From IMG/VR virus record IMGVR_UViG_3300032087_004917: DNA of 64,000 nt. One strand, given 5' to 3'. This document shows, one piece after another, positions 30,387-40,642 of the stretch. The notes beneath the pieces were generated by a model. It did no database searches. It was not told where the DNA came from and saw only the letters and a program-made list of their open reading frames with translations. The translations under genes were made by a program, and so were the position numbers. How positions within the stretch are numbered: the stretch's first letter is position 1; each line of letters begins with the position of its first letter. The DNA comes from an uncultured virus (IMG/VR IMGVR_UViG_3300032087_004917) (lineage: Duplodnaviria; Heunggongvirae; Uroviricota; Caudoviricetes).

Positions 30387-32437
30387 TAATAACCTCCGCC
30401 GCCCAAGGGACTAGGAGTCTGAACCACTGAGACACTCGGAATTTCGGGGGTCACAGACGCAGACACATCCCCAACGGCGGTCGTTGCGGGCGTGGTAGTG
30501 GTTGGCGTGTAAGTGCCACTATCTTGCCCTGTCAACGGAACGAAGGAGGATACTTGTGGCACTCCCGTTTCAGTGAAACTGACAGCCTCAACTGGAACGG
30601 CGGTGCTTGGTCCCGTGGTCACGAAAATCGTTTCTGGCTCAGGTCTGGCAGCAGGATCATTTTGATTAAACACATTTACATTATTTGAAAGTGAGTAAGT
30701 GTTATCATAAGCCAAAACAAATAATTCTTTCGAGGTTGCTCTGCCACTATCAACCTTAACTCTAAATCGAATATCAATTTCGTTAAGTCCCGGTTCAATC
30801 ACTATTGACCTAAGAGACACAAGACCTGTATCATAGTTAATAGTCCCCATATTGGTATTGACATAAAAACGCTCTCCATCAACGACCGTGTAGAAACGAA
30901 CCCTACCATTACCGTCTTCGTCAAAGAATCCTGAGTATTGTAAACCCGCATCATCCGTGTAGCGAATTTCATTGGTGGACAAAGCACTAATATGTCCGGC
31001 ATGAGGATAAAGAATAGGGTTTCTAAAAATAATATCGTAGCCCGACTTGATCGGCACTGCATCAAATCTTCTTTCAAGAGAAAGAGTGTTGATGACACTA
31101 GACAAACTATCATAGTTTGAAATTACATCGTTTTCGATCAAAGAAGATGAAACTGTAGTATTAAATGCGTTTGTTCGGAGCGTAATGTAATTTGTGATTG
31201 TCGCTTCAATACCAGTTTTCAACAAAGAATCACTGAGCGAAGTTTCAGCAGGATTGTAAAAAACATTTGTGTTACTCAAAACAAACAAAGGCGTTGATTC
31301 AATAACGACTGGCGTGGAGGAAAGACTTGATCTTTTCTTTAAAAAAGTCTCCATAGAATTTTTGAGTGTGGTCGTTAGTTTTGTACCTGATGTTGGTTTA
31401 ATCGCAACAAACACTCTTCCATATTGTGGAGGATTTGCCTCCTCACCACCGTAAGCGTAAACTGCATCAAACCCAGAGAAGTTTGACCTGACAAGAGACT
31501 CGTAATCGTCTTGAGTCACGGCTCTGTTTTGCGTGACAAATGATTTTGGTGCGTTGTATCGAATGCTTTCAAGAGACTCTCTTGGTGACCCACCTGCCGC
31601 AGCATCCACAACCTCAACTGTGTTGCCAGTGCCAAAGGAAAAGGTTCTTGCCGATTCTGAATCTGTCGAGCCGATACCGTTAGCGATTGCACCCTGTGTG
31701 ACAAGGTATGTTACGGTGACAAAGTTTCCTGCTTGAAGTTTTTCTCCAATGATACCATCACCAAAAGTGACAGCATATCTTCCGTCGAAATCTTCCTCGA
31801 CAAAGTATGCTTTGGTGGTAGAAATAATTTCAACAATACTCGATGCATTGTTCCAAACGTCAGTGATTCCTGTAGTATCACCAATATTCCTTTGCACGGT
31901 TACTTCAATGGTGGTCGTGTCAATATTGTTGTCATCCAAAATAAATCTTTGGTTGACGAGTGAGTTTGGAACCACGAAAGATTTAGATTTGTATGTGCCT
32001 TGTTTAAGATCAACGTTTAAGATTTGCCCATCTGTTGAGGTGTAATCCTTCACCGGAGAAAACTTATATGAAATATCATTTTCTCTGGAGTTGAAGATAT
32101 CACCTCGCCTCAAGTAAGTGCCAGAACCACCGACCGTGATATCAACAGTTGCGGTCGCAGCAGAAATTGACCTTGGATTGTATCCGAGTGATTTTGCGTG
32201 TGAAACAACAGAGGATCTCTTTACGGCTGTATCGATGAAAAGTTCGTTTGCAGCAAAGTGGTTGTAGATACCTTGGTAATATGTGACATACGATAGTGTA
32301 TCAATCAGAACGGAAAGACCAGAACCATCAAAATCATAATCTTTGAAAGTCGCTTGATCTTTCAAAAAAGTTTTGATGTTTGTTTTGATTTGTGTAAAAT
32401 CAAGTGAGTTGACTGAGAGGCTTTTTGTGCTAGCCAT
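30386..32437 (-). CDS. g6: Baseplate wedge protein gp6
   Basis: LDFTQIKTNIK, DYDFDGSGLS, FGDGIIG, QNRAVTQDDY, PPQYGRVF. Confidence 0.95.
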   Translation of the reverse strand: MASTKSLSVNSLDFTQIKTNIKTFLKDQATFKDYDFDGSGLSVLIDTLSYVTYYQGIYNHFAANELFIDTAVKRSSVVSHAKSLGYNPRSISAATATVDITVGGSGTYLRRGDIFNSRENDISYKFSPVKDYTSTDGQILNVDLKQGTYKSKSFVVPNSLVNQRFILDDNNIDTTTIEVTVQRNIGDTTGITDVWNNASSIVEIISTTKAYFVEEDFDGRYAVTFGDGIIGEKLQAGNFVTVTYLVTQGAIANGIGSTDSESARTFSFGTGNTVEVVDAAAGGSPRESLESIRYNAPKSFVTQNRAVTQDDYESLVRSNFSGFDAVYAYGGEEANPPQYGRVFVAIKPTSGTKLTTTLKNSMETFLKKRSSLSSTPVVIESTPLFVLSNTNVFYNPAETSLSDSLLKTGIEATITNYITLRTNAFNTTVSSSLIENDVISNYDSLSSVINTLSLERRFDAVPIKSGYDIIFRNPILYPHAGHISALSTNEIRYTDDAGLQYSGFFDEDGNGRVRFYTVVDGERFYVNTNMGTINYDTGLVSLRSIVIEPGLNEIDIRFRVKVDSGRATSKELFVLAYDNTYSLSNNVNVFNQNDPAARPEPETIFVTTGPSTAVPVEAVSFTETGVPQVSSFVPLTGQDSGTYTPTTTTPATTAVGDVSASVTPEIPSVSVVQTPSPLGGGGY

Positions 32438-32817
32438 TATCTGATCCTTTCTAGGGTGATATCAACAGTTACAGGCTCAGGAATATTAAGAACCTTGACT
32501 ACAATGCTCACAGTCAATTCATTTCGATCAAAGTTTGGAGTCACTTCAACTTTGAGAAGATTGACTCTTCTCTCAAACGTTTCCAATGCCTTTTGTATTC
32601 TTGTCTTGAGAGTCAAAACTGTGATGGGATTGAACTGCTCAAAAAGTTGTGCTTTGATGTTGCCACCGAATTCACTTTTGTAAGGTTTTTCGCCCATATT
32701 GGTCAGAACAATATTACGGACTGCCCGTTTGACTGCCTCCTTGTTAAACAACAAAGAAACATCATTTGTCAACGGGTTTCTCGTAAAGTCCAAATCTATA
32801 TCGACGTATCTTGCCAT
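32437..32817 (-). CDS. g25: Baseplate wedge protein gp25
   Basis: DIDLDF..NP...D, AVKRAVRNIVLT..GEKP, FERRV. Confidence 0.92.
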   Translation of the reverse strand: MARYVDIDLDFTRNPLTNDVSLLFNKEAVKRAVRNIVLTNMGEKPYKSEFGGNIKAQLFEQFNPITVLTLKTRIQKALETFERRVNLLKVEVTPNFDRNELTVSIVVKVLNIPEPVTVDITLERIR

Positions 32818-32830
32818 GAAAGTATGTATC

Positions 32831-33631
32831 TTAAATATTCAACAAACCTTTAATATCTGGTTTGACAACTTGCTGTAAAAGTTTTTGTCCGAAGCAAGGA
32901 TCTTCGACCATCGAAAGCACGGACGTTCCGAGGGAAACTTTTGCCAAATAATCAATCGCCGCCAGAGCATAATCATTATCAGATTCAATAATATTTTGAA
33001 TGTCTTCCCCGATCTGAGTGACAGAGGTGCTAATTGAGGTTAGACTTGGAAATTGATCACCTTCCTCGAACGCCTCAAGTTGACCGATCAACGCCTCTAC
33101 GTCTCCCTCAATCAATGCGTTTGCACCCTCAAACAGAGTAGAACCGGGACCGAGAATACTTGAAAACATCGCAGAATAATGATCTACCACATCTTCACCA
33201 AACGTATCTTGTTCGATTGAATTTTTTACATTATTAATATTCGAAGCCAAAGAGTTTAGACCAGCAAGACCGGGGAGGTCACCCAAATTACCAACATCAG
33301 TCACACCAGAGAGCCTGTCGGCATGTTGTGAAAAATCACTAATATGTGAAGATACATCCTCAAGTTTTTCAGAGAGTCCTCGAAGTTGAAGTCGTTGACT
33401 ATTGTTAAACTTAGAAAGGTCAGGGTTTCCGAGAGGAAATGCAAGGTTTTCGAGTTTATTGGCAGCAGCCACGGCGGCACTGTTTACTTGATTCACAACA
33501 CCCGCAACAGGATTTTCAAAAGCCTCTCCGTCCACGACACTTTTCAGAACCTTAATCTGCTCTGGGGAAAATGGTAAAGGTGGTGTTTCACAACCGCTCG
33601 GGTTGAACAAATCTAAATCAATAAGTGGCAT
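32831..33631 (-). CDS. Hypothetical protein (baseplate operon)
   Basis: 266 aa ORF with GGAG upstream, between PAAR and g25. Confidence 0.65.
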   Translation of the reverse strand: MPLIDLDLFNPSGCETPPLPFSPEQIKVLKSVVDGEAFENPVAGVVNQVNSAAVAAANKLENLAFPLGNPDLSKFNNSQRLQLRGLSEKLEDVSSHISDFSQHADRLSGVTDVGNLGDLPGLAGLNSLASNINNVKNSIEQDTFGEDVVDHYSAMFSSILGPGSTLFEGANALIEGDVEALIGQLEAFEEGDQFPSLTSISTSVTQIGEDIQNIIESDNDYALAAIDYLAKVSLGTSVLSMVEDPCFGQKLLQQVVKPDIKGLLNI

Positions 33632-33640
33632 GTTTACTCC

Positions 33641-33901
33641 TTAGTTTGCATTTACGTTTGTTGAAGATGAAGAAATACTGTGACCACAACTTGCGACATC
33701 TCCACTTCTTGCCACGGACTTTCCTTGAAAATATACGTTACCTGACCCACTGACCAATCGTGATGTGGTATGAGGTGAGTCACCATGAGGAGTGATCGGG
33801 TCACCAACCAACGCGGCTGGTTTTCCGTTCACAAAAACTGTATATCCTGATCCGATGATTGAACCACCACACGCATCAGAGTCTCTTGCGATACCCGGCA
33901 T
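33641..33901 (-). CDS. PAAR spike-tip protein (gp5.4-like)
   Basis: MPGIARDSD.CGG, VFVNGKPAALVGD...H, VARSGD..SCGH. Start moved to ATG 33901, which overlaps the upstream TAA. Confidence 0.9.
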   Translation of the reverse strand: MPGIARDSDACGGSIIGSGYTVFVNGKPAALVGDPITPHGDSPHTTSRLVSGSGNVYFQGKSVARSGDVASCGHSISSSSTNVNAN

Positions 33902-34539
33902 TAGCCCACCTCCACCCAAAAATTCAAAGTGCTTCCACTTCCGTCATTGAGGTAGGCAAACAGTTTTCCTTCTCTGTTGTCATACCAAAATGATCCCGGC
34001 TTTGGATTCGCTCCGGGTATGGTTCCAATTCGTCCGACCGCCGATCCGGTTGTATTTTGTGAATATTGTTTCGGAACAAAAATATTTTTTCTTGCACCGC
34101 TTTCTCTATAAGGTTTTCTTGAAGAAACCTCTTCGTAAAACTCACCCAAGTATCTTTGAATAGTTTCAAGTTCCCGTTCAGGAAAGTTCAAACCTGTAAT
34201 TTCAATTGGAAGTTTAAATGGTCTTCGAGTGATATTTCTTTGATACGCAGCACGCATACTTGTGATTTCGTCTTGCGTCAAATCACTGTGCTGTGCCAGA
34301 ATCTCAGCATCATTCATGGGTCGATTGATTCCGTGACCACCCTCGGTGATCATTTCAATAAAGTGTTGTCTTGCCGTGCTGTATGACCCACCAGTAGGAA
34401 GAATAAAACCTCTAGGTGAATATGAAGTAAACGTGTCATACTCTGGCTCTTCTTTAAAAATATGAAAAGAAAAACCAAGACCAACGAGATAGTCGTAGTA
34501 AGCGGGAATGTCAGTAATGTCTCTTGCACCGTTACTCAT
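33901..34539 (-). CDS. Hypothetical protein with C-terminal fibre-type motif
   Basis: C-terminal PGSFWYDNREGKLFAYLNDG...WVEV resembles a motif common in phage fibre proteins. Confidence 0.55.
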   Translation of the reverse strand: MSNGARDITDIPAYYDYLVGLGFSFHIFKEEPEYDTFTSYSPRGFILPTGGSYSTARQHFIEMITEGGHGINRPMNDAEILAQHSDLTQDEITSMRAAYQRNITRRPFKLPIEITGLNFPERELETIQRYLGEFYEEVSSRKPYRESGARKNIFVPKQYSQNTTGSAVGRIGTIPGANPKPGSFWYDNREGKLFAYLNDGSGSTLNFWVEVG

Positions 34540-34546
34540 CTTTACC

Positions 34547-35428
34547 TCAGTTCAAATTGATCGAACTCGCGTTCATCTTGATTCTGGAGCCACCCTTGAC
34601 CGTGACTGATCCCCCGACCTCTAGTTTGTAATCACCACCGACATTCGTTTCCATATCTCCGTCAACTTTTAAGTTTACGTCCCCGTTCACTAGAAGGTTT
34701 ACAGATCCCTCAACTTGACCGTTCGAATCCTGTGCGATATGAATATCATTTTCTCCCATGATCACCGTGTAATTTTTTGACACGACCTTGACCACTCGCG
34801 TTCCGTCAGGATGAATCTCCTCGAATGTCCCTGACCTGTGATATGTTTGGATTCTTTCAGCATCGGGCGTATCATCAAATTCTTGAATGTGTCCCGACTC
34901 AGTTTCTTTCACATGGTTGAAGGGATACTGTGCGGCGAAAGGTGGTGTAGGCTCTTCGATTTCTTCTGTCTGTCCTCCACCAACTGTTGTCGTAAGCCGA
35001 TCAACATTTTCTTTTTTGATTTCAACAATCGTGCCTTCTTCTTGTCCGCGAGCGAGTCGGTTCGTGTCTGGCTCTCCAACGTATGGTTCAAGGGGATACC
35101 TACCATTAGGATCATTGAATCCCTGTTGGGGATCGGAAACTTCTTGTGGCACACCGCCAAGGGTTCCAAAGTAAACAGGTTGTTGCATATTTTGATCTCT
35201 AAAGAAACCAACAACCCAAGTCCCCTCCACTGGACCCAATGGTGAAGTGCCGATGCCATTCATGGCGGCAGACGTAATCGGTTGAACAGGATAAGCCCAA
35301 GGCAAATCCTCGGTTTTAATTTTAAGTTTGTCCTCACTGTGAAGACCAACAAATCGAATGCGAACTCTGCCCAAACTTAGTGGATCATTGCGATCCTCAA
35401 CCACTCCTTGATACATTTGTGTCATCAT
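34547..35428 (-). CDS. g5: Baseplate central spike gp5 (OB fold + beta helix, no lysozyme domain)
   Basis: GVVEDRNDPL.LGRVR.R, LPWA, GTWVVGFFRD, YPFNHV.ETESGH..EFDDTP..ERI, VxG repeats. Confidence 0.92.
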   Translation of the reverse strand: MMTQMYQGVVEDRNDPLSLGRVRIRFVGLHSEDKLKIKTEDLPWAYPVQPITSAAMNGIGTSPLGPVEGTWVVGFFRDQNMQQPVYFGTLGGVPQEVSDPQQGFNDPNGRYPLEPYVGEPDTNRLARGQEEGTIVEIKKENVDRLTTTVGGGQTEEIEEPTPPFAAQYPFNHVKETESGHIQEFDDTPDAERIQTYHRSGTFEEIHPDGTRVVKVVSKNYTVIMGENDIHIAQDSNGQVEGSVNLLVNGDVNLKVDGDMETNVGGDYKLEVGGSVTVKGGSRIKMNASSINLN

Positions 35429-36828
35429 GTTGCTTCCTCCGAATTCACAGGGTTTTGTTGACTTGGCACGATAGAGCCTCTAAAGTTTCTTACAAGATTT
35501 AGATAAGTTTTGTAACTTCCGTCTTGTAAAAAGAATCTGTGGTGAACACTACTAATCACATACTTGCCACTTTTTTCTTCATTGAATTCACTGGCACTAC
35601 TTTTAATTTTATCAACTGGTTCGTTTCTTGCCACCATAAAAGTTACAACTTGTCCTGCACGAAGAAGTGAGTTGCCCGAGACGGTAATCTCAACCTCGGT
35701 ATCATTGTAAAGTGACATATTAGATTTCACTCTTGGAAGTGTTTCGTAGTTATTCTCATTTGTTCCAAAATCTTCACCCTGCACATTTGTATGTCGTGGT
35801 GCAAAAAATATTTTTTGAGGTGAATAGTTTTCTACTTGATTTTGAGAAACCACTGGGAACATTGTGTTGTCAATATTTTGTGCCGTTGCGATTGCCCTTG
35901 CCAAAGGTGCATTCAAATTTGTGTTCAAAGTATTAGGACTCCCTGACTTTTCATTTACCAAGTTTTCATTAATGTAACTAAAGTTTCTTGCACCCCATTG
36001 TTTTGTTGTCAAATCATGAAAGTATGTTCTGCTTGAAAACGCACCATTTTCGTATTGTTTTACTCTGTTTGATGAGTCTCTAAAAACAACTTTTTCTGTA
36101 ATGAAAGTGCCTTGCGTGAACTCGTCAGTTTTTGGATCAGCACCAATAGTATCACTGTTAAAGAAAACGTATGAGGGTTCTTGTTTAAAAAGATTATTAA
36201 AACATTTGAAGTTCAAGCCATCGATTGTTTCGTAAAACAAAAATCCTGCGTCAAACTCTGGAACAGTTGAATCAGATGGTGTTGCGTTTACCATCACTTT
36301 TTGAATCATCTCTAGGGGGCTTTGAAACGGAAACACTAATGAATATTCTTCATCATTAGTTTCATCGAACGCCAAAGAAATATCAGGACTTAGATACTCT
36401 TCCTTAATTTTTTGAACAATGACCTCCGGCTTACCCTTGATTGATACGCTATCGCGTGTGGTTTGATTTTTAAAATAGTTTTCAGAGACAAGTCTTAGAT
36501 TGAGAATATAACCTCTAGACTTGTTTGGTTGAATTTTACTTTTTTGACCAATGACTCTAAAGTTGACGGTTCTAATTTCTGGATCAATACCCGGAGTGCT
36601 AAAAGACACTGTGATTTTTTCACGACCAACAATACTAAGATTCGTCATGATATCTTGCATGTCTTGTAAAGTCATATCGCCAACAATAAATGGTGTGAAG
36701 ATTGACTCGTAGAAACCAAGGCTGGTAATAAATTCAGTGATGTCAGCCTCAAGACCAAAATCATTTGTGATAATGATACGATCAATATCAAGATCATTTA
36801 GTTTTGAGATTTGATCTCGTTTGATCAT
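35425..36828 (-). CDS. Putative baseplate hub protein (gp27-like)
   Basis: FYESIF, FLFYET..G.NF, ITVSGN..LRAGQVV, SGKYVISSVHH; upstream of g5. Confidence 0.7.
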   Translation of the reverse strand: MIKRDQISKLNDLDIDRIIITNDFGLEADITEFITSLGFYESIFTPFIVGDMTLQDMQDIMTNLSIVGREKITVSFSTPGIDPEIRTVNFRVIGQKSKIQPNKSRGYILNLRLVSENYFKNQTTRDSVSIKGKPEVIVQKIKEEYLSPDISLAFDETNDEEYSLVFPFQSPLEMIQKVMVNATPSDSTVPEFDAGFLFYETIDGLNFKCFNNLFKQEPSYVFFNSDTIGADPKTDEFTQGTFITEKVVFRDSSNRVKQYENGAFSSRTYFHDLTTKQWGARNFSYINENLVNEKSGSPNTLNTNLNAPLARAIATAQNIDNTMFPVVSQNQVENYSPQKIFFAPRHTNVQGEDFGTNENNYETLPRVKSNMSLYNDTEVEITVSGNSLLRAGQVVTFMVARNEPVDKIKSSASEFNEEKSGKYVISSVHHRFFLQDGSYKTYLNLVRNFRGSIVPSQQNPVNSEEAT

Positions 36829-38954
36829 GATTTGATCGCTCTTTCAAACGCCTTAATAATCACAGGCATTGCCGCAGGTCGAGGGAGTCTGATCCTCCTT
36901 TTCGCCTCGTTCAAATTTTGCTCGTAAAGTTTATTTGTTAAAACATATTGTCCGTTATTGTTGATGATGTAATCATAAAGAATAGTTGAACCATACGTCA
37001 CGGAAGTCAGTCCAGAATCAAAGGATGCCGATGTCATACCAATTGGGGTTTGATAATTATTGTCATCGGGTGCGGACGCGAACGGATTAAGCGGATAAAT
37101 TGTCGAGCCACCCGGATTTAAGGCAAACTGTTTTGGTGCGTCTTGACCATTGACAACTTTTGTAATGGAAAGAAGTCTTTCATCTCCATCTGCTCCGACA
37201 TTAATTGCTACGTCAGTGCCATTGTCAGTTGGCACTTCATTTTGAATCAAAACATCTGAGGTAATGGTTGGCTTTTCTACACTGTAAGGGTGTGTTCCCG
37301 GTAATACTGCTTCCTCTAGACCATACTTGTGAGCAAGGTATCCCTCTGTTCTCTCCATCATTGCGGTGAAGGCAGGATCTCTATTTGCAAAGGTAACACC
37401 GGCAGTAAATCCTTTGTAGATAATCATCTCATACCAGTCACCATTCGCAGCACCAAAAACATTGCGATTTGGATCGGTGACATCAGTAAGTGAGAAAATT
37501 GTTGAGTGATCTCCAGACTGAACTTTTTCAAGGTTTACTGATGATATGAAGTCAGATTCGGAACCAAACATATTGTATCCTGTAAGTGGGTGTGCCTCTT
37601 TTCCATTGATCCTAAAGAATGGTCGCATGCCACTACCGTCTGTCAAAGTTGAGCCGCTACCTCTACCCCACGTTAAAATATTAGGCTGCCCAAGACCAAA
37701 CATATTTTCATTAGGACTTAAGGGTTGGTGGGCTTGAAGACCCGATCTAAGAGAATAGAACGAGGTTTGTAGAACTGATCCCAGAAATTCCCCGTTAAAG
37801 TTGAATCTATTATTAATATTAAATTGAATCCATCTCTCTCTATAGTCTGGTGAATCACCAAGAACACCTCTGGTATATCGGACTCCGCCAAATCCACCTT
37901 GAAAATCTTGGTAAACATCCATGGCAGGATAATCAAAAAGATTAACCGCCTTTGGGAGTGTTGGTGTTTTATAAAGAACCGTCACGAAAAAACTATCAGT
38001 TGATTTAAAATCAAAGTCACCCGTGTGACCGAGTTGGTATCCACCAGTAAGCGAACTACTGGGCGCACCACTCAAATCAACGTATGAATAACCGTTGTAA
38101 CCATTCGTGCCAAGTGGAGGTTTGCGTTCTTGTGTGAAACTAGTATATGTGGTGGTGCTTGCGCCACTAAACGCAGATGCAGAGTTTGAGATAGTTTCAA
38201 TGTATGTAATTGTTTCACCACCAGAATAAAACTCTGATGTGCTATATCCCTCTGGTCTATACCAGCCGACGAGGCTACCACCCACCGCGTTCTCTGGTGT
38301 CCAATCAGAGTTGATGGTAATTGTTGTTTCACCAGTTTGTGAGTTGATTGTTTCTGTGACACCCGCCTCTGCATTTTCTTCAAGAACATTCGTGACGGTG
38401 GCACTTGGATCTTGTGGAAATTGCGTTCTGTTGACAAGTTTATCCCCAGCGGCAAAAGTTCCTTTTTGTTTGAATAGTTGAATTTTTGACAACGCGGGAT
38501 CTACATCTTTTACTGTTGCACTTTTTGTTGTGTCCGTAAAAATTCTTTCGTTATTCTCACCAAGTTTTTTCTCTGCAACAAAATCCCCGACATCAAACGA
38601 ACCTCTGTTCAAGAAGAATGGCAAAGACGATCCAACGGTGCTACAAAACAATGCTTGTCCGGCATACTTTGACTCGACAAACTCTTCAAATTCATTGGTA
38701 TTGAGTGGGGTTGAAAAGAATGGATCAATAATTGAATTGTAAAGAATCAAAACCCAATCTAGTTTTTCATCGCCATAAGTTTTTCGTGCGACATCACGAA
38801 GTGTCTCACCATCAGACAAACGATAGTAATCATATACACTATCGTTTTCGAAAACCTCATCACTAATTTTTACACGACGAAGAATATCTTTGACAGATAC
38901 TTCGTTGCCCTCAATTGGAATCGAAATGTTAGGAAAATTCTTAAAGTATGACAT
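36825..38954 (-). CDS. g53: Baseplate wedge gp53 with large internal insertion
   Basis: N-terminal MSYFKNFP, YRLSDGET...VA.KTYGD..LDWVLILYN.I.DP; C-terminal YE..LNEAKRRIRL; 709 aa. Confidence 0.82.
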   Translation of the reverse strand: MSYFKNFPNISIPIEGNEVSVKDILRRVKISDEVFENDSVYDYYRLSDGETLRDVARKTYGDEKLDWVLILYNSIIDPFFSTPLNTNEFEEFVESKYAGQALFCSTVGSSLPFFLNRGSFDVGDFVAEKKLGENNERIFTDTTKSATVKDVDPALSKIQLFKQKGTFAAGDKLVNRTQFPQDPSATVTNVLEENAEAGVTETINSQTGETTITINSDWTPENAVGGSLVGWYRPEGYSTSEFYSGGETITYIETISNSASAFSGASTTTYTSFTQERKPPLGTNGYNGYSYVDLSGAPSSSLTGGYQLGHTGDFDFKSTDSFFVTVLYKTPTLPKAVNLFDYPAMDVYQDFQGGFGGVRYTRGVLGDSPDYRERWIQFNINNRFNFNGEFLGSVLQTSFYSLRSGLQAHQPLSPNENMFGLGQPNILTWGRGSGSTLTDGSGMRPFFRINGKEAHPLTGYNMFGSESDFISSVNLEKVQSGDHSTIFSLTDVTDPNRNVFGAANGDWYEMIIYKGFTAGVTFANRDPAFTAMMERTEGYLAHKYGLEEAVLPGTHPYSVEKPTITSDVLIQNEVPTDNGTDVAINVGADGDERLLSITKVVNGQDAPKQFALNPGGSTIYPLNPFASAPDDNNYQTPIGMTSASFDSGLTSVTYGSTILYDYIINNNGQYVLTNKLYEQNLNEAKRRIRLPRPAAMPVIIKAFERAIKS

Positions 38955-40177
38955 TAAAATCCATCCAAAATACCTTGTTTCGTGATGAAGTTGATCTGAT
39001 CAAATTTAAGACTCAAGAGAATTCTTGTCGCCTGTCCATTTTGAAAGAATGCAGACCTATCATCAGGAGTATAATTTACTTTAACATTTGACAAGTAACA
39101 CCTGCCGATTTTTGGCATTGTGGTGTTTACTTCTGAACCAAATGTCTCACCATTTTCAGTAAACTTAGAGTTGAGATTCACCACGGTGATTTCAAATTCT
39201 TGTGGTGCAAAAAGAATAGAAGTTGAAAGTGAAACCTCGGGGGACATGTAGTATCTGAAAACCTCAATGATTTCCAGTGCCGTGTCTGCTTCTTTTTTGG
39301 TGCGAGGTGCGAATTCAAACTCAAAGGAGAAACTGCCACGTTTCGGTCCCTTGAAAATCATCTCATTTTTTGGATTTTCAGAGAAGCCTGCTCTGGCTCT
39401 CAACCCACCCTCGACATCAAGTCCGATTGCTTTACCTGCGACACTACCCAACTTTAGTGCCTTAAGTGCGAGGTTTGTGCTGATCGCCGCCGTATCAGAA
39501 AATCCAGACGCGATGAACTGAGTCAAGGCACTCAAACCAGCGAGAGATGCCTCATCGTATTCAACGGTATTGTCAAACTCAAGACCTTTTGGCACATACA
39601 ACATGACCTCATCCTCAAGTTTTTCTGACGCAAATCCAAACCTTGCCTGTTCTTGACTTTGAATAAAAGATGCAAGTCTCGCGTCATCGGCATCTGGATT
39701 ATCACCAAGAACAAAATTTTTCAAATTTACCAAATCAACTTGATTTTGTCCAGCCTGTCTTCCCGCTGCATCAGCAGCCGCTTGTCGATTTTGCCCGATT
39801 GAAACCTCGTCAAAAAGTGGATCGTCGGCTGTGTATTCTGAAAAAGGATTGTATTCACTAGTTGCTATTGCGTTTGCCGCCACCGATGCGGCGACTTTTG
39901 CACCTTGCGACGCGATTCTCCCAAAATCACCGACTGTCTGAGACAAATCAAAAGATTGACTTTTTCTTGTAAAAATCGAAAAGTGCAAAACTTGTCCACC
40001 ACGACGAGCAAACTCCGTGCTTCTCAGATCCTCTGGATAAACATAAGACTTCATCGAGCCTTCAAAGTTTTTGTCTCTAAATCTCTGCACGTTATTTTTT
40101 GAGGATAACCGATCACTAAAAAGTGCTGTGGTATCAAAGTCCTCATTTGGTGGTATATCGCCGGGATTGGTACTCAT
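38954..40177 (-). CDS. g48: Baseplate tail tube cap gp48
   Basis: LYVP, NPKNEMIFKGP..SFSFEFEFAPR..KEA, CYLSNVKVNYTPD. Confidence 0.85.
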   Translation of the reverse strand: MSTNPGDIPPNEDFDTTALFSDRLSSKNNVQRFRDKNFEGSMKSYVYPEDLRSTEFARRGGQVLHFSIFTRKSQSFDLSQTVGDFGRIASQGAKVAASVAANAIATSEYNPFSEYTADDPLFDEVSIGQNRQAAADAAGRQAGQNQVDLVNLKNFVLGDNPDADDARLASFIQSQEQARFGFASEKLEDEVMLYVPKGLEFDNTVEYDEASLAGLSALTQFIASGFSDTAAISTNLALKALKLGSVAGKAIGLDVEGGLRARAGFSENPKNEMIFKGPKRGSFSFEFEFAPRTKKEADTALEIIEVFRYYMSPEVSLSTSILFAPQEFEITVVNLNSKFTENGETFGSEVNTTMPKIGRCYLSNVKVNYTPDDRSAFFQNGQATRILLSLKFDQINFITKQGILDGF

Positions 40178-40187
40178 GGTCTTCTCC

Positions 40188-40202
40188 TACATAAACTATG
40201 TA
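40188..40202. promoter_or_regulatory. Overlapping divergent late promoters for g48 and g4 (TACATA-aac-TATGTA)
   Basis: Palindromic pair of the TACATA motif in the 24 bp gap between divergent late operons. Confidence 0.65.
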
Positions 40203-40642
40203 TGGCGTACAGTGGAAAGTATAAACCAAAGAATCCCTCAAAATATATCGGTGATCCTACAAAAATTAATTATCGATCTCTTTGGGAAAGAAAATGCATG
40301 GTGATGTTTGATGCCAACCCAAACGTGATTAGGTGGGCATCAGAGGAAATGGCTATTCCGTACCACTCTCCCGTGGACAGAAAAAGACACAGATACTATC
40401 CCGATTTCATTGTTGAACTTAAAAACAAAGATGGAAAAATTGAAACTGTTATGATCGAGGTCAAACCATACAAACAGACGCAGGCTCCGAAAAAGCCAAA
40501 GCGAATGACGAAGACTTTTGAAAACGCAGCCAAAACATATTTGACAAATCAGGCAAAATGGGAGGCTGCCGCAGCGGTATGTGAAAAGAGAGGATGGAAG
40601 TTTCAAATTCTGACGGAGAAAGAAATCTATGGCAGAAGATAA
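40202..40642 (+). CDS. g4: Head completion nuclease gp4 (TnsA-like)
   Basis: YSGKYKPKNPSKY.GDP..I.YRSLWE, WASEE..IPY, HRYYPDF, IEVKP, NQAKW.AA. Confidence 0.95.
   Translation: MAYSGKYKPKNPSKYIGDPTKINYRSLWERKCMVMFDANPNVIRWASEEMAIPYHSPVDRKRHRYYPDFIVELKNKDGKIETVMIEVKPYKQTQAPKKPKRMTKTFENAAKTYLTNQAKWEAAAAVCEKRGWKFQILTEKEIYGRR

Noticed and set aside
40202..40642. TnsA-like nuclease as a transposon gene
   Set aside because: Matches head completion protein gp4 in its normal context
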